Origin: Veleropilina oligotropha | Lineage: Eukaryota | Assembly: GCA_048128005.1 (NCBI GenBank) | Contig: JBEUKZ010000002.1 | Span: 186,001 to 250,000, forward strand | Direction: 5' to 3' | Length of the DNA: 64,000 bases | In this document: positions 1 through 13,372 of the stretch, in pieces | Layout of the letters: each line of letters starts with the position of its first letter | Position numbering within the stretch: position 1 is the first letter of the stretch | Notes under the pieces: model-generated | Database searches by the model: none | The model's input: the letters and a program-made list of their open reading frames with translations, nothing else | Told to the model about the DNA's origin: nothing | Program-made: the position numbers and the translations under genes

Positions 1-352
1 ACGAAATTGGAGTGGAAGTGATATTATTTTCATTTCAGCGACATCTGATTGGTCAAAAGGACGTCACGTGGAGTATGACAAATACCCATGTCAAATTCGA
101 CGTTGTTCGTATCACATTGCGCATCGTCTGCCGGAGACACTACATGACGTTATTCATTGCTTAGTGATTGTTCAGGTTGAAAAGCATATACAGTAGTCAG
201 ATTTTTAAAAATGAAAATAAAAATGTTACCCTGTGACGTCTCGTTTGATACGTAGTTTATCCTGTTCACTATGATAATATCACACTCAACTTTGCATCGT
301 GTGGCATTTTTAAGCGTACGTATCAAACTCGCCGCCCCAGGATAACGTTAAA
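1..352 (-). mobile_element. Hairpin-containing interspersed repeat, family A (Crypton-like non-autonomous element, tentative); truncated by the window edge
   Basis: Homologous to 57590-58086 (same orientation) and 56022-56532 (opposite). Shared blocks include ctgattggtcaaaa, aatatcacactc and ccaggataacgttaaa. Confidence 0.6.
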
Positions 353-919
353 TATCACTGTTGATTGTGTGCATACAGCAAGTGGTTGTTCACATGAATG
401 CAACACTAATAACAGGTATCATTCTCAGATGATAATTTATATTTCTGTCATAATTTTGTAATATATTTATTCCTATTTGTTCCATATCAGAAATTTTAGG
501 GGAAGTGGACAGAAATATGCAGGTATCATTATATTAGACCTACCTCGGAGGCTTTCACAGGCAGGACAGTTTCAAATTGATCGGTCATGAATTCGGCTAT
601 TGCCTGGCGGAAGCTACATATATAACGAAATTAAAAATGGAAAACTTATTCTAAATAACATGTACTTGTACAAGGTAATGTATGGGAACATCGGATTATG
701 CAGGACAGACTGGTTGTGTTATTTTGGCTTTGAGTTGATCACCTTTTCCATTTAACATTTGCTATCAGCATTTCGATTATCGTAACACGTGAACGTCGAT
801 ATCCGACGAAATTGTTACTAATTTTAACATAAATTTTTATTTCAATAGATGGTAACCATATGCGCGTATGACATTTATATATCACAATATGCTGTTAGTA
901 ATAATTTATCAGAAACAAA

Positions 920-3900
920 CAAAATAAAAGCTGCAAAGCAGCTGTAGAGGGCTTCAAGCTGATCACGTCCTATAGCCTGCAGCCATCTTGTCTTATGCCC
1001 GATTGATTTTATGCTCGCAATATAACTTCATCATAAGACGTCCATCATATGTATAAAGTTTCGCCCCGCTGGCTTTATGCTTTAAAATCCAAGATGGAGG
1101 CCACATCGGCCATTTTGGAGATTGGACCACACCCAAAATCTCTAGGTGCGGTGTCCTCTCCCAAACCAATGCACATACCAAATTTGATAACAGTCCGTTA
1201 AAAAATGGCCTGTCTTGAGAGATCATGAGGAATCTCACAACCGCAATCTATAAGTGTAGTGTCTGAATTTTGAATTCTGAATCGAATGCCAAAAATTTCA
1301 GGTCTGTACACCATTTTGTTGTTCTTTCGAATTTTTTAATTGTCCTAATTTAAAATATCTAAGCTCGAGCATCAATATAAACCGAGTTAGCCATTTTCTG
1401 GCAAACATTTCTTTTTCCTTAATTAGGTCATTTTCCGAAATGTAGGTCAACTGAGGTCAAAGGTCAAGGTCATATGTGGAAGATCAACCATGACTTCCCA
1501 TAGGCTCCCCAATTGCCACTTGAAACAAATGGTCTAATGGCCGCTGAGGCACTTCCTGCTTTTCAATTTTATCTGGCAAATCGAAAATTCCAATTAGCAA
1601 ACGTAACTTAGCATATGCACTAATACGTCTGCGAAGTTTGATCAGTCTAGTCAAAACAGAATAAGAGTTACGGCAGATTTAAATTTGTCACGCAAATTTA
1701 ACTGTTTTTGGAAAATTTTACAAATTTAATGTTTTTTGGAATTTTTTGTAATGCAAATTTAAAATATATAAGATCTAGCGTCAATATTAACCGAGTTGGC
1801 CATTTCAAGGCTACCCGTAGTGTGGAATCCCTTCAAGCAGCCTCCTTTTAAGCAAGTGTATCCTGATACTTTATCAGCATGTCACATATTGAAATTGATA
1901 TATGCCTAACGACCATTAGATTGACATGCAATGGCCAAATCCGCTACCGTGTTTAATTGAGTTGTCAGCCACTGTGAATGATTTTAATGACTCTACAGTC
2001 AGACTAAAAAGACGCTAACATTTGATGGTCAATGGAAGATTCAAATTTCATGAAACTTGAAATATGTCTTAATTGTACAGATATTAATCTTCGATTTTAA
2101 TTTCAACATTATGACACAATTATTAACTGTTTTAACAACGTTTTAATATTTAAACTTTAAATTTAATGTTATGGCATTAATGCGAGCACCTGTCGAAATT
2201 CACTTCACACGGACCAACAAGTAACGAGGAAATGGCATTTTAAATATTTTAATAAATTGAATATTCTGATGCAACCGCAAGTCGCATCAACGATCTCTTT
2301 GCGGCAAACAGAACTTAGCGTGGGCACCCACCCGTCGGCGAAAGTTGCACGGAATACTTACAACGGAATAAGAGCTATCGTCGATTTAAAAAGTGTTGAA
2401 AAAACACAGTGTTTTCACAATATTCAGACGCCCGCAGCGGCCTCCATTTGCGACCGATCGCTTTTTTGCTTGCAATTGAAACTCGCCTTGATACGTCAAT
2501 CACATTAAAGTTTTACTAAATTCAAGATGGCGGCCGAACATCGTGAAGTACGAAGTCATTTTTGTACGCCGCCCTGTCTTGCTCGTAGACCAACGTTATG
2601 TCAAAGTTTCAGATCTCTGGCTATTTCCGTTTTCTAGTTACCTCTGGAAGGGAAAACGTGACAATAATAATAATAATAATTAAAGCTGCAAAGCAGCTGT
2701 ACAGGGCTTCAAGCTGATCGCGGCCTATCGCTCGCAGAAATCTTTTTTTTTTTTAACTTTTTAAAATTTTAAATATATTTTGTTTCTTACAATTTTTCCC
2801 TAAAATTTTATTAATATATACATATGGCAACTCTGAATCGAATGCCGCAAATTCCAGGGTTGTACGCCACGTCGGTCTCCAGTTTTGGCCTTTTTAAGGA
2901 AAATGTGGTGGCCATTTTGTTTTTTTCCGATTTTTTTATTATTCTAATTTAAAATATCTAAGTTCTAGCATCAATATTAACCGAGATGGCCATTTCCTGA
3001 CCATTTTCTGGCAAACGTGTCTTTTTTCCTTAATTAGGCCATTTCCTGCAATGTAGGTCAACTGAGGTCAAAGGCCAAGGTCACATGTGAAAGATCAATC
3101 ATGACTTCCCATAGGCTCCCCATAGTAACCATGTGTCTGCGGTGCATCCTTTTTGATATATTGTCACTTGAAACAAATGCTTTAATGGCCGCCGAGGCAC
3201 TTCCTGTTTTCCAATTTTACCTGGCAAATTTGGTAAATGTTGACTAAACACGTCAATAGGAGTTCACTTTATCCACTATCGGCACACATATATGCATTTT
3301 TCCTTAATTAGGTCATATTCTGCAATGTAGGTCATCTGAGGTCAAAGGTCATGGTGGCATTTGAAAGCCCAACCATGACTTCCCATAGTAACCATGTGTC
3401 TGCAGTGCATCCTTTTTGATATATTGCCGCTTGTAACAAATGCTTTAATGGCTGCCGAGGCACTTCCTGTTTTTCAATTTTATTTGGCAAATTTGATAAA
3501 TGTCGACTACACACGTCAATAGGAGTTCACTTTAACCACTACAGGCACATATGCATTTTTCCTTTATTGGGTTAGTTAGAGCAATGTAGGTCATCTGAGG
3601 TCAAAGGTCATGGTGACATTTGAAAGCCCAACCATGACTTCCCATAGTGACCATGTGTCTACATTGCATCATTTTCAAGATAGAGCCATTTAAAAAAAAA
3701 ATTAAATGCCCGCCGCCATCTTGTCTTACTCCCGATCGAATTTTCGATCGCAATATAACTTCCTCGAAATACGTCCATCATATGTAGAAAGTTTCGTCTC
3801 CCTGGCTTTGACGGTTTGTGAGAAGATTTAAACAAAAATGGTTGAAAGTTTAATTAATTTAAAATGGCGGCCAAACGTCTACGACTACGAATTTTGCGAT

Positions 3901-4232
3901 GCACACATACCCTGAAGTACACGCATAATGTGAAATTTTGAAACGCTTGCAGAAAGTAGTTTTTGAGATACAGCTGGAAGGAAAATAGGGGAGAAAAATA
4001 AATAATAATAATAATTCATAGAATAACAATAGGGCTTCGCCGTTTCACGACTTGAAGCCCTAATAATAATCCTTACAACTTCAATAGGTCTTCACAACTT
4101 AGTAAAACTTGAAGCCCTAATAATATTTCCTTGAATAACAATAGGGCTTCGCTGTTTCACGGCTTGAAGCCCTAATATCCAGTAGAATTTCAATAGGTCT
4201 TCAAATCTTTCATAACATTTGAAGCCCTAATG
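920..4232. mobile_element. Nest of related Helentron/HINE-like non-autonomous elements
   Basis: The start motif aaagctgcaaagcagctgta.agggcttcaagctgatc occurs at ~927 and ~2682. Internal ~270-bp modules (aggtcaaaggtcatggtggcatttgaaagccc) recur and also appear at 18960-19450. Four consecutive terminal motifs ending tgaagccctaat lie at 4020-4232. Confidence 0.6.
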
Positions 4233-5649
4233 AACTAGGCGTAGTGACATGCAGTAATTCAAACTTTTCAGTGACATAATTTAGTATTCTTCTGATACCA
4301 CATGCTATCCTGTTTATATCGGTTAGGACACTATACTAACAGTCAGTCACAGTGTATTGAAGGAATCACCGTCTTCTAATTTAATGTTACTGGGTTACCT
4401 GAGCTCCCCATTTAGAGAGAAGTAGTGGTGAGTGGCAATGTCATACGTAGATGATTCACAGACTTTTAACTGAAATAGAAAAAGTAAATAACTTGTCAAT
4501 TAAATAACTTGTCAATTATAAAGAAAATGACGACTAACTTTAAAATTATATCCATACATCTGCTGCCAACGCAACAGCGATCGAACACTGGTAGCTAAAT
4601 TAAATGTTTGAACGCCGAACAAAGAAGATAATATTATATTAATTGTGACCCGGGCCAGACAATATGGCCTTCTCCACTTCACGCATCTTTAATATAGCTA
4701 AGAATTTCCAAAAAGCTTTTGATCCGATTTATAATAGACGAATTGTGGCCGTTCGTGTTAAACATGGCATTGTAATCAAAATCATGGTCATAATTTTATT
4801 TTGTTTTAATTGATTAGTTCTTTGATCACATTCTTTTTGGACAATTTTGTATTCGTGTTGTTGCCGCGACCCCAACTTTACGTCTCGATCCGACAGAAAG
4901 GCGCTTTGTGCAATGCGGACGACGTGCCTGGCAAAAATTCCGAATATATATATTTTGCGGTTGTGACATACCGAGAATGCCAGATCATGATGATGATAGT
5001 TAATGAAATATTTTCATGTCGCGGTACGAAATGTATCTACCTGTTCGGCAAGGAGATCTTCACAGAGATAGTTTACAGAAACAGCAAAATTTACTATACC
5101 CTGAAATAAAGAAAAAAAATATTGAATGCTAATATTATTATCGTGTATCTCTGCTATAAGAAAACGGCATATTAGCCAGTATAAGCCATTTCGAAGTAGC
5201 AATACAAACTTAGTATGCCAGTATATGCAATGCACGCACTGGTATACAGTGTATGCAGTGCACGCAAATATAATTATTGATGTCAATAACAGTGGTTCTG
5301 GCTTTGGAGAAATTATATTTCATTATTTCACGCTTTGTCTAGTTTTTAATCAGTATCTTTATTTTATGTTTTTTTATAATAACAGACATTTTATGGCATG
5401 TATTCTTTTACCCCATTTTCATAATGATTTGTCTTGTTTTTAACAAATATAATTATCACTATGTATTTTATGATAGATTTAACCATGTCTTTTTTAGTTT
5501 GTATTTTAGTTCATTGTATTGTTTACAGTTTTATTACAATTAATGTTGAAGATATAGCTCATTAGAGTTAAAGTTTGTCATTCGTCACACTGTTTGTAAA
5601 ATTCCGAATTTAAATAAAACTTTCTGTATCTGTATATGTACTTCATAAT

Positions 5650-6762
5650 GAACAAGAGCTGTCAGAGGACAGCATGCTCGACTATCAAAAGCTGGATCGA
5701 TGAATGGAAATAATTTGGTAAAAATGAAGCTAGAGGTATGGCCCTTGTATTGCAAGTTCGCATAATGATGTGACAAGCGTATGAAGTTTCAAGGCTGTAG
5801 TGTGAACACTTTGTGAGAAAAGGCCCTTCATGCAAAATGTTAACCTGAATTGTCTAAGTCGAAAAAGGGGAATAATTTGGTAAAATAACGAAGCCAGATT
5901 TATTACGCCTGTAATGTAAGGTCGCATAATGACGTTGAACAAGTGTATGAAGTTTGAAAGGTGTAGTGTGAAAAATTTGTGAGAAAAGACCCTTCATGCA
6001 AAACATTAACCTGAATTGTCTAAGTCGAAAAAGGGGAATAATTTGGTAAAATAACGAAGCCAGATTTATTACGCCTGTAATGTAAGGTCGCATAATGACG
6101 TTGAACAAGTGCATGAAGTTTGAAAGGTGTAGTGTGAAAAAATTGTGAGAAAAGACCCTTCATGCAAAACATTAACCTGACTTGTCTAAGTCGAAAAAGG
6201 GGAATAATTTGGTAAAATAACGAAGCCAGATTTATTACGCCTGTAATGTAAGGTCGCATAATGACGTTGAACAAGTGTATGAAGTTTGAAATGTGTAGTG
6301 TGAAAAAATTGTGAGAAAAGACCCTTCATGCAAAACATTAACCTGACTTGTCTAAGTCGAAAAAGGGGAATAATTTGGTAAAATAACGAAGCCAGATTTA
6401 TTACGCCTGTAATGTAAGGTCGCATAATGACGTTGAACAAGTGTATGAAGTTTGAAAGGTGTAGTGTGAAAAAATTGTGAGAAAAGACCCTTCATGCAAA
6501 ACATTAACCTGACTTGTCTAAGTCGAAAAAGGGGAATAATTTGGTAAAATAACGAAGCCAGAGTTATTACGCCTGTAATGTAAGGTCGCATAATGACGTT
6601 GAACAAGTGTATGAAGTTTGAAAGGTGTAGTGTGAAAAAATTGTGAGAAAAGACCCTTCATGCAAAATGTTAACCTGAAGTTTGACGCCGACGCCAACGC
6701 CGACGCCGACGACAGGGTGACTGCAATAGCTCGTACTATTTTAAAATAGTCGAGCTAAAAAT
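5650..6762 (-). mobile_element. Helentron-associated (HINE/DINE-1-like) element carrying a 166-bp tandem array
   Basis: One end reads aacaagagctgtc...gctcgactat. The other has a (gacgcc)n microsatellite followed by the hairpin agctcgtactattttaaaatagtcgagct and aaaaa. This is the typical subTIR + hairpin + microsatellite architecture. Confidence 0.75.
5740..6680. repeat. 166-bp tandem repeat, ~5.5 near-identical copies
   Basis: The unit recurs every 166 nt; repeated ORF ends at 5854/6020/6186/6352 confirm the period. Confidence 0.95.
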
Positions 6763-7455
6763 ACAACGATGATATGACTTCCATTGTATTGGCCCTGTTA
6801 CAATCGAGATCCCATCTTAACTCCTAGCCAGGATGGAACCCAGAGGGAACATCTTTTTAGCCAATCTTAACTACTTGCTTCCAAATTTCCAAATGGCTTG
6901 AAATGATGCAAATTGTCCTGCTACCAAGACCATAAGCTTCTTGAAACAGTCATATAATCGGAAACTGGTCAACCCGCCATGTCTCCAAAGTCGCCACTAG
7001 AAGTTAAACAAGCAAGCGTTCTCTCACGTTCAATATAGTCATATTGTGATATAAACAATTAAAGGTTCATCACGATGTAAGTTTTATGAAACAGGCTCAT
7101 GCATGAGATGGATGCGACACACACATGAACCAATAGTGATTTTAGATCCGAAATGTCATTGGATATTGTAACAAATTCGATTTTCAATAGAAAGTGTTTA
7201 CATGCGATGTACCTGTGGGTTAGTAGCCTTGTCGTAGGTGTCAGCTGCGACGACCGCCATCGAAACCGATTCGAAACATGGCGTCTGGACCACATTCCAT
7301 GCACGAGCTGAAACTTTGTCCTTGTTATCTAATGGAGCAGATTTGTAAATCCCATCAATTATTGCGGCAACGTTCTTTTGAACCTGAAATTATGATATTA
7401 CTGAAATAAACATGCTAATTTGATATTACGATTATATATTCCTTGATTAAATAAC

Positions 7456-7806
7456 AACAAGAACGACGCGTTCGAAATATGTCTTGACCTTTCTTTATTT
7501 CCCTCAAATTTTCATAACAGTTAATACAATGGCTAAGTGCAAGTACTTCATGGCTTAAATTACTACCCCGTCGATTATGACGTCACCAAATGACGATTAA
7601 TCTAAAGCGACGTCATAATGACGTCATTGCTATTTGCTTGCAATATTAGACATCAGTTACATACGAATATGGATTAAAGTGCTCAATAAATGCATATTTT
7701 TGCAAAATTGTGTCGCGAAAGTTATATACACGACCTACAAATACTCTTGGGAATGTGTGTACCAATTTTGGTGAAAATTTACCTGGTAGTTTTCAAATAA
7801 ATCGAC

Positions 7807-7845
<39 letters not shown>

Positions 7846-7915
7846 TATATGTATATACACACGGACCATTTGATAATGTCTTGTCCTTTTTTACAAAAAG
7901 GTCAAGACATAAAAA
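7456..7915. mobile_element. HINE-like element with (TA)n microsatellite; inverted copy at 61333-61797
   Basis: Reads aacaagaacgacgcgttcg...tgtcttgacctt, then (TA)n, then the hairpin gtcttgtccttttttacaaaaaggtcaagac. The reverse complement is present at 61333-61797. Confidence 0.7.
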
Positions 7916-8046
7916 CCACATTGTTGACAAAATATATCAAAATCCATGATATTGAAATAACATTATCGAAAGGACCGAACATTTCAAGTAGGGTAGACCA
8001 GGGCAAGCCGCCACTCGGGTCAAAACGTTCATACCGTATTTATGAC

Positions 8047-8178
8047 TGTAATGTTATGGGGTGTGTAGTTATAGGAATGTACATGAGCCAATGTAACAAT
8101 GGATGTGGTTTACTTCAGAGTATCATATAACGTTACCGACCATGCTGGCGTCCATGTTACAAGGGATGAGGGATAAAA
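8047..8178 (-). repeat. Ty3/Gypsy 3' LTR (partial, truncated by an insertion)
   Basis: Starts TGTAATG; about 6 mismatches over ~132 nt versus 31512-31643; lies just downstream of the minus-strand integrase region. Confidence 0.8.
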
Positions 8179-8599
8179 CAAGAGCTCCACGGAGCAATAT
8201 GTCCCGCCTGATGATGGAAAATTACGATATAATTTGCACGTACGGCCGGAGCAACAACAATATCCACGCTTCCTTCAAGCGGCAGACAGAAAGTGTTGTC
8301 CAAGTTTGGTGATCATAGGACCTGTAGTATTCCAGACACTGAGCCAAACCAAAACTTAACTTTGAAAATGGTGAAAAATACACAAGTCATTTGCGCGTAA
8401 AAAGTATGTCAAGGTCACGAGGGGCGGCGGACAGAAATCGAGGGCAGCACCGATATGTAATGGGCAATCTACAACAAAGTTGTTGTTCAATTTTGGTGAC
8501 CATAGCACTTGAAGTATTCCAGAAACTGAGTTAAACGCTAAACTTAACGTTGGTTTGCTGAGTCGTCCAGAGCGGGTACGGCACGTACCAGTCCCAATC

Positions 8600-10320
8600 G
8601 AGGGTTGGCGATCGACATTCGTACGGAGGTATCGTTGAACATCAGGGGCGTTAGTAGACTGCGCGGGGGTCGACTTGGTATTTGAACGTTTGGGCGAAAC
8701 GACTTTGGGGTGGAAACGGACGTGTTGGGGAATCGGTCGGGGGTAACGATCTGCTCTGCAGGGATGATGAAATGTTCCTGAGTTTCAAGAATATGTTGGC
8801 GGCCTCGTCGTAAGATTGAACCAGTGTTCGTGCGCACTTCATGCGATCTGGGTACAGGTCTAACTTCAGTGACGACTGCTGGTTGCTATTTCGTGGACGG
8901 TTTATTCTGTATTCGAACATTTTGTCCTGGGAGTAGGGGCGACAGTTCCTTGCGACCGTTATTGTCGAATAGAAGTACGATTTTGGATGTTGTTGCCTTT
9001 GTCGTAGCCTTTCTGCGATTGTTTCCTTGTTTGACAAGTTGTTTGGAATCTTTATGGGGACGTTACTTATGAAGCGTCGTGCATTTAGTAGCTCTGATGG
9101 GGAATTAAAATGATGATCGATTGCGGTAGATCTGATGATTAACAATGCCATGTTTGAATCGATGTTCGTTGCTTTAGCTTTGTTGGGGGTATGTTTGATG
9201 GTTTGTATTGACGTTCGATGAGTCCGTTATATTGGGATAATGGGGGCTGGAGGTGATATGACTGAAATACCATTTTCTGGCGAAATCTCTGTACGTCTGG
9301 CTATCGAATTGTCTCCCGTTGTCACTGGTGATTTTCTCAGGAATACCTTGTTCTGATAAGATTCCTATTGTGTTATATTTTTCAGATGGATCATCTCGAG
9401 TGGTTTGTGATCCGATTCCAGTAAGAAGTGCTTGCCGTAGATATAAGTGTGGAATTTCTCGCATGCGTAAACAACTGCCAGCAGTTTGCGTTCAATGTTT
9501 GCGTATCGACGTTCACAATCGCTGAGGAATTTCGAGCAAAATCCTATCAGTTTGTTGTTTTGAATTAGAACACCGCCTAATCCTCTTGAGCTTGCGTCAA
9601 CTTGCAGCATCGTCTCAAGTTTGGGGTCGAAGTATCCAAGGGTGACTTCTAGGCATAATATATCCTTGATCTTCTGAAACGCAGAATGGTGCGTAGCTGT
9701 CCATTGGAAGTCATAATCATTCTTGATTAGATATCTGAGGGATGTCAAAGAGTAGTCCGTAGAACTTCATGTTGGACTTCTTGATGTCACACTTATCGGG
9801 GTTGAATACAAGCCGTGCGTCCTGTTCCTTTCCATCAACTTGATCATGTTATGGTCATGTTCCGTTTCGTTCTTCCCGAATACACCGATGTCATCTGAGA
9901 TGCTGATTGTACCTGGACAGTCTTCGAGTATTTGTGACATTTTCTCTTGAAAGGCTTAGGTTGAGGCAAAATGGTAAACGTAAGAACATGTATCTTCCAA
10001 ATGGGCTGTTGAATGTAATGAAAAAGCTTGACTCTTCATCTAGGACAATTGACCAGTAACCGTGTCGTGTGTCGATAATATATTTGCTCCCGCGAGCTTA
10101 TGTGCGATTTCATCGAGCGTTGGGGTTTTGTAGTGTGGTCGTTTTATCGCCTTGTTGCAGTCCTTGGGGTCGAGGCAAACTCGTAGCTTTCCATTGCTTT
10201 TCTTGCAGTATACAATGCTTGATACCCAATCCATTGGTTCGACGACTTTCGTTATAACGTCGGTGTTCTCCATTTCGTCCAGTTCATGTTTTATGTTCTT
10301 GGTTCCGATTCCGAAGATGA
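8600..10320 (-). pseudogene. Degenerate Ty3/Gypsy pol (RT, RNase H, integrase fragments)
   Basis: RT: WVSSIVYCKKSNGKLRVCLDPKDCNKAIKRPHY. RNase H: LQVDASSRGLGGVL, YANIERKLLAVVYACEKFHTYIYG, ESDHKPL. Integrase: GIPEKITSDNGRQF, TSSPHYP, SPSELLNARR. Order is RT-RH-IN, with frameshifts and deletions. Confidence 0.92.
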
Positions 10321-10939
10321 TCCAGTGGTTTAGCTTTCCGCATGCTCCACATGTTGTACCATAAGCTGGACACTTTTCTATGGGTTTGGGTGGATGGTTT
10401 TCGCCACAGTGGTAGCATTCTCTGAGTTTGTTGGGCATTCGAGAGACAGGTTTATTTCGAATTGCGTTAACTTCATTTGGGAATGGGTGGCTTCGTATGT
10501 TCTAGAAATGTCCATTGCCACGTCTAGGGTCAGACTTCCATCCTTTCCAAGCAATCGCTGTTGGATTTTCTTGTGTTTAGTTCCAAGGATGACCTGCTCG
10601 ATTAGGCGTTCGTCACATTCTTGAACACTACTGTAGAGGCACTTTTTCGCCTGTAACTTGCACCGGGTCATGAATTCATCGATATTTTCGTTTTCGTCCT
10701 GCTTGTAGTTTTGTAAGTGGAAGCGATTTAGACGAAAGATTGTTTTGGGTTCTATCTGGCATTTGAATTTTCCCATATTCATTGTGGATTATTTCGTTCC
10801 TCGTCTGTTAGATTCCACGAATTATACATTTTCAAACCCTCTTGACCAAACCATAGCATTATATAGGTGCACTTTTGTTCGTCGGATTTTTAGGACAGGG
10901 GGCCTAAAATATTAGTTGACAATATTGCTTGAAGGCCTT
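10320..10939 (-). pseudogene. Degenerate Gypsy gag, main part, with CCHC-type zinc knuckles
   Basis: KAFKQYCQLIF, then YIMLWFGQEGLKMYNSW, RFHLQNYKQDENENIDEFMTRCKLQAKKC and CYHCGENH...CPAYGTTCGACGKLNHW; frameshifted. Confidence 0.88.
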
Positions 10940-11640
10940 TAGTCTAGTTACAGACTATATCATGTCAAAAGTGATGTCAATGGTATTCACAAGCATGTCT
11001 TGAACATTTTGAGTTTTGTTGGCACTGCGCCAACTTTGGGTAAAAAAATTTATGAGCTAATTTGCATAAATAAGCATCATTAGCGATAATCACCATGTTA
11101 TAAAACATAACTTTTTAACTAATAGGCATAAAATCATGTGCGATACCACTTTTCTGTATAAGTTGAACCCAAGGAATTCATTGCTGATATGTTTTTCGCG
11201 ATTAAAGGTCAAGGGCAACGTATACGTTCAAGGTCAAGGTCATTTTTTCCTCAAAATTGTCGGAAATCGAAGCAGCTCTGAAAAATAGAAATTATTAAAT
11301 GAAAAATAAAACTCATTAATAGGCCTATGCTTATCTAATGAAAGATCTTTAATAGCGCAATGTAAATATACCATTTATTTAACTTTTATCCGCCTCGGTA
11401 ACCCAAGTATTGCCACATTAAGCTACCTAAATTTCACGCTCTATTCCTGAAGGTGATGCTGGTTTGACGCTACTGCACTACAACGGCAAGAAACAGGTGG
11501 CTCCACCACCTCTCCCACATGTAACCACCGGACCAAGATATGAAGAGGTAACTAATATCCAGAGAAGTCTGCATCAAGCGCAGGAGAATGATGCACATTG
11601 GCTGAACTCTCTGTTTGAGACTTCCACAATTACTCCGGCA

Positions 11641-11962
11641 ATGTGCCGTCGTTGCTCAGTGGGTTGTTCACAGGACTCTGGTAACAGTCTCGAGATCGCC
11701 CCCAAAGCTCGGCGATTTCACTCGGGCAAGGAAATAAGCATATATTTGCCTCGGTCCACCCAGCCGATCTGAATGGGTAACTGGTTGGCAGTTATGTACG
11801 TCATGGCGCTACCCGCGTGTAAATGACTGTAATGCTCCCAGAGGGAGTTGAGATGGCATATCGAGTGGAACAGGCCCATAACCAGGGGTAATAATGTTCA
11901 GCGCATTGAGACACTAGCGTAATAATGCGCTATATAAGACCGGAGTATTATTATTATTATTA
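11641..11962 (+). mobile_element. tRNA-derived SINE with Deu/Nin-like core and (TAT)n tail, inserted in the Academ element
   Basis: tRNA-like head gtcgttgctcagtggg, core tgcctcggtccacccagc...aatgggta, 3' gcgctatataag then tattattatt. Second copy at 56692-57027. Confidence 0.8.
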
Positions 11963-13043
11963 ATATAATGGACCGAATTCAACAACCAGCTCTCCCGGCA
12001 GTCAGCTGAGATTGTCAAGAAAGAACCATCAACGTACCTGTTCGGGCCTCTGATTAATGCACCAGCAGCCCATCCAGATACTGCGCTTACATCTGTGGTT
12101 TATATGATTAAATCATTAAACGACCTCGGCATAACCTACATTCATTTGTGTCTCGATATGCATTTGTACACTCGGGCCATTTGCATGAAAATAAAATGAA
12201 GCGATTCACAGACCCCATTTTACGACCTGGCACATAGTGCTAAATGTCTGCGGATGCATTGGTTCAGGTCCCGAGACTCTTATTGGCGCTGCCTTTGAGG
12301 AAGTCAGCAGCGTAATGGGTCATGAAAAACCATGGGTGCGTGCGATTCGTGCTTTTAGGATGGTGTCTTCCGTTCACCTGCAATCCTTCCTACAGACCAG
12401 CCTCAAGACATTGGAAGAGATTTGTGCGTACCCGGAGAATGCACGCTGCTATCCGACTAACCTTCACTAGGTGAACAACCTCATCACCCCAACCTTGCTC
12501 GTTCACCAGTTGCTCCGCTTTGAGAGAGAATGGGATTGGTTCTTGCAGCAGTTCTGCCTCCAGCGTCTATTGCTATAATTTTGCATTGCTGAACACCACC
12601 ACTATGCAAGGTGCATATCATGGCACTGTCTCGAGATGTCAGTGCCCCTGCCTGATGATGCCAAGGACGAATTTCACTCTGGCGCTTTTTGTCTGCAGAC
12701 ACAAAGCCGGTAGTTGGAACGCTGTCTCCGACGATCAGTTCAGGAAACAAACTGCTTTAAATATTGTAAAATGCTTCACGTTATCCCCACAACAAGTAAC
12801 AGAATGGATTGATTCATTTCCCTTATCTGGTTATGTTTCCGACATGCTTGCCCACTGCTATCATCCATATTTGCCAAGTACCTCCAATGGGACTCCACAC
12901 AAGGAAGGTGTGAAGAGACGTAATGTCGATAAAGAAGACCGCCAGCGCAAGTGTTCTCATCCCCTGGAAACTGACAGTAGAGTCCTCTACAATAGCCATA
13001 ATGGACAAGTGGCAGACTCCTTGAAGATAGCCGCACCTATGTT

Positions 13044-13372
13044 TACGTATGGGATAAACTACTCGATAGCGTTGAATAGTTCAGAAAAAATCACGGCCCT
13101 CGACAGGAGTGTTTTCTCTGAACTAGTCAACGCTATCGAGTAGTTTGTCACTTAAAACATTTCACCGTTGAACAATAGCCTCATTCCCCACCAGGTACCT
13201 CTATTGTAGTTAATTGGAGTGGAATTAGTTGAATGCAAGTCTTAATTGCCGTTGATTAGTTGAATGCCTTTAAACTATTCAACGGCTGGGCCAACAAAGC
13301 TTTGTTCTTCGATTGAATAGGCATAATAAACAACTGCCCAGAACAATAGATGACGTCACAGAAATGTTTTAA
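13044..13372. mobile_element. Short inserted repeat related at its 3' end to hairpin family B
   Basis: Interrupts the Academ coding region; ends acaatagatgacgtcacagaaatgtttta, like 40920-40950 and 53680-53710. Confidence 0.5.

Noticed and set aside
5730..6606. Five near-identical 70-86 aa ORFs suggesting a tandem peptide gene array
   Set aside because: By-product of the 166-bp repeat inside a HINE-like element; no coding signature.
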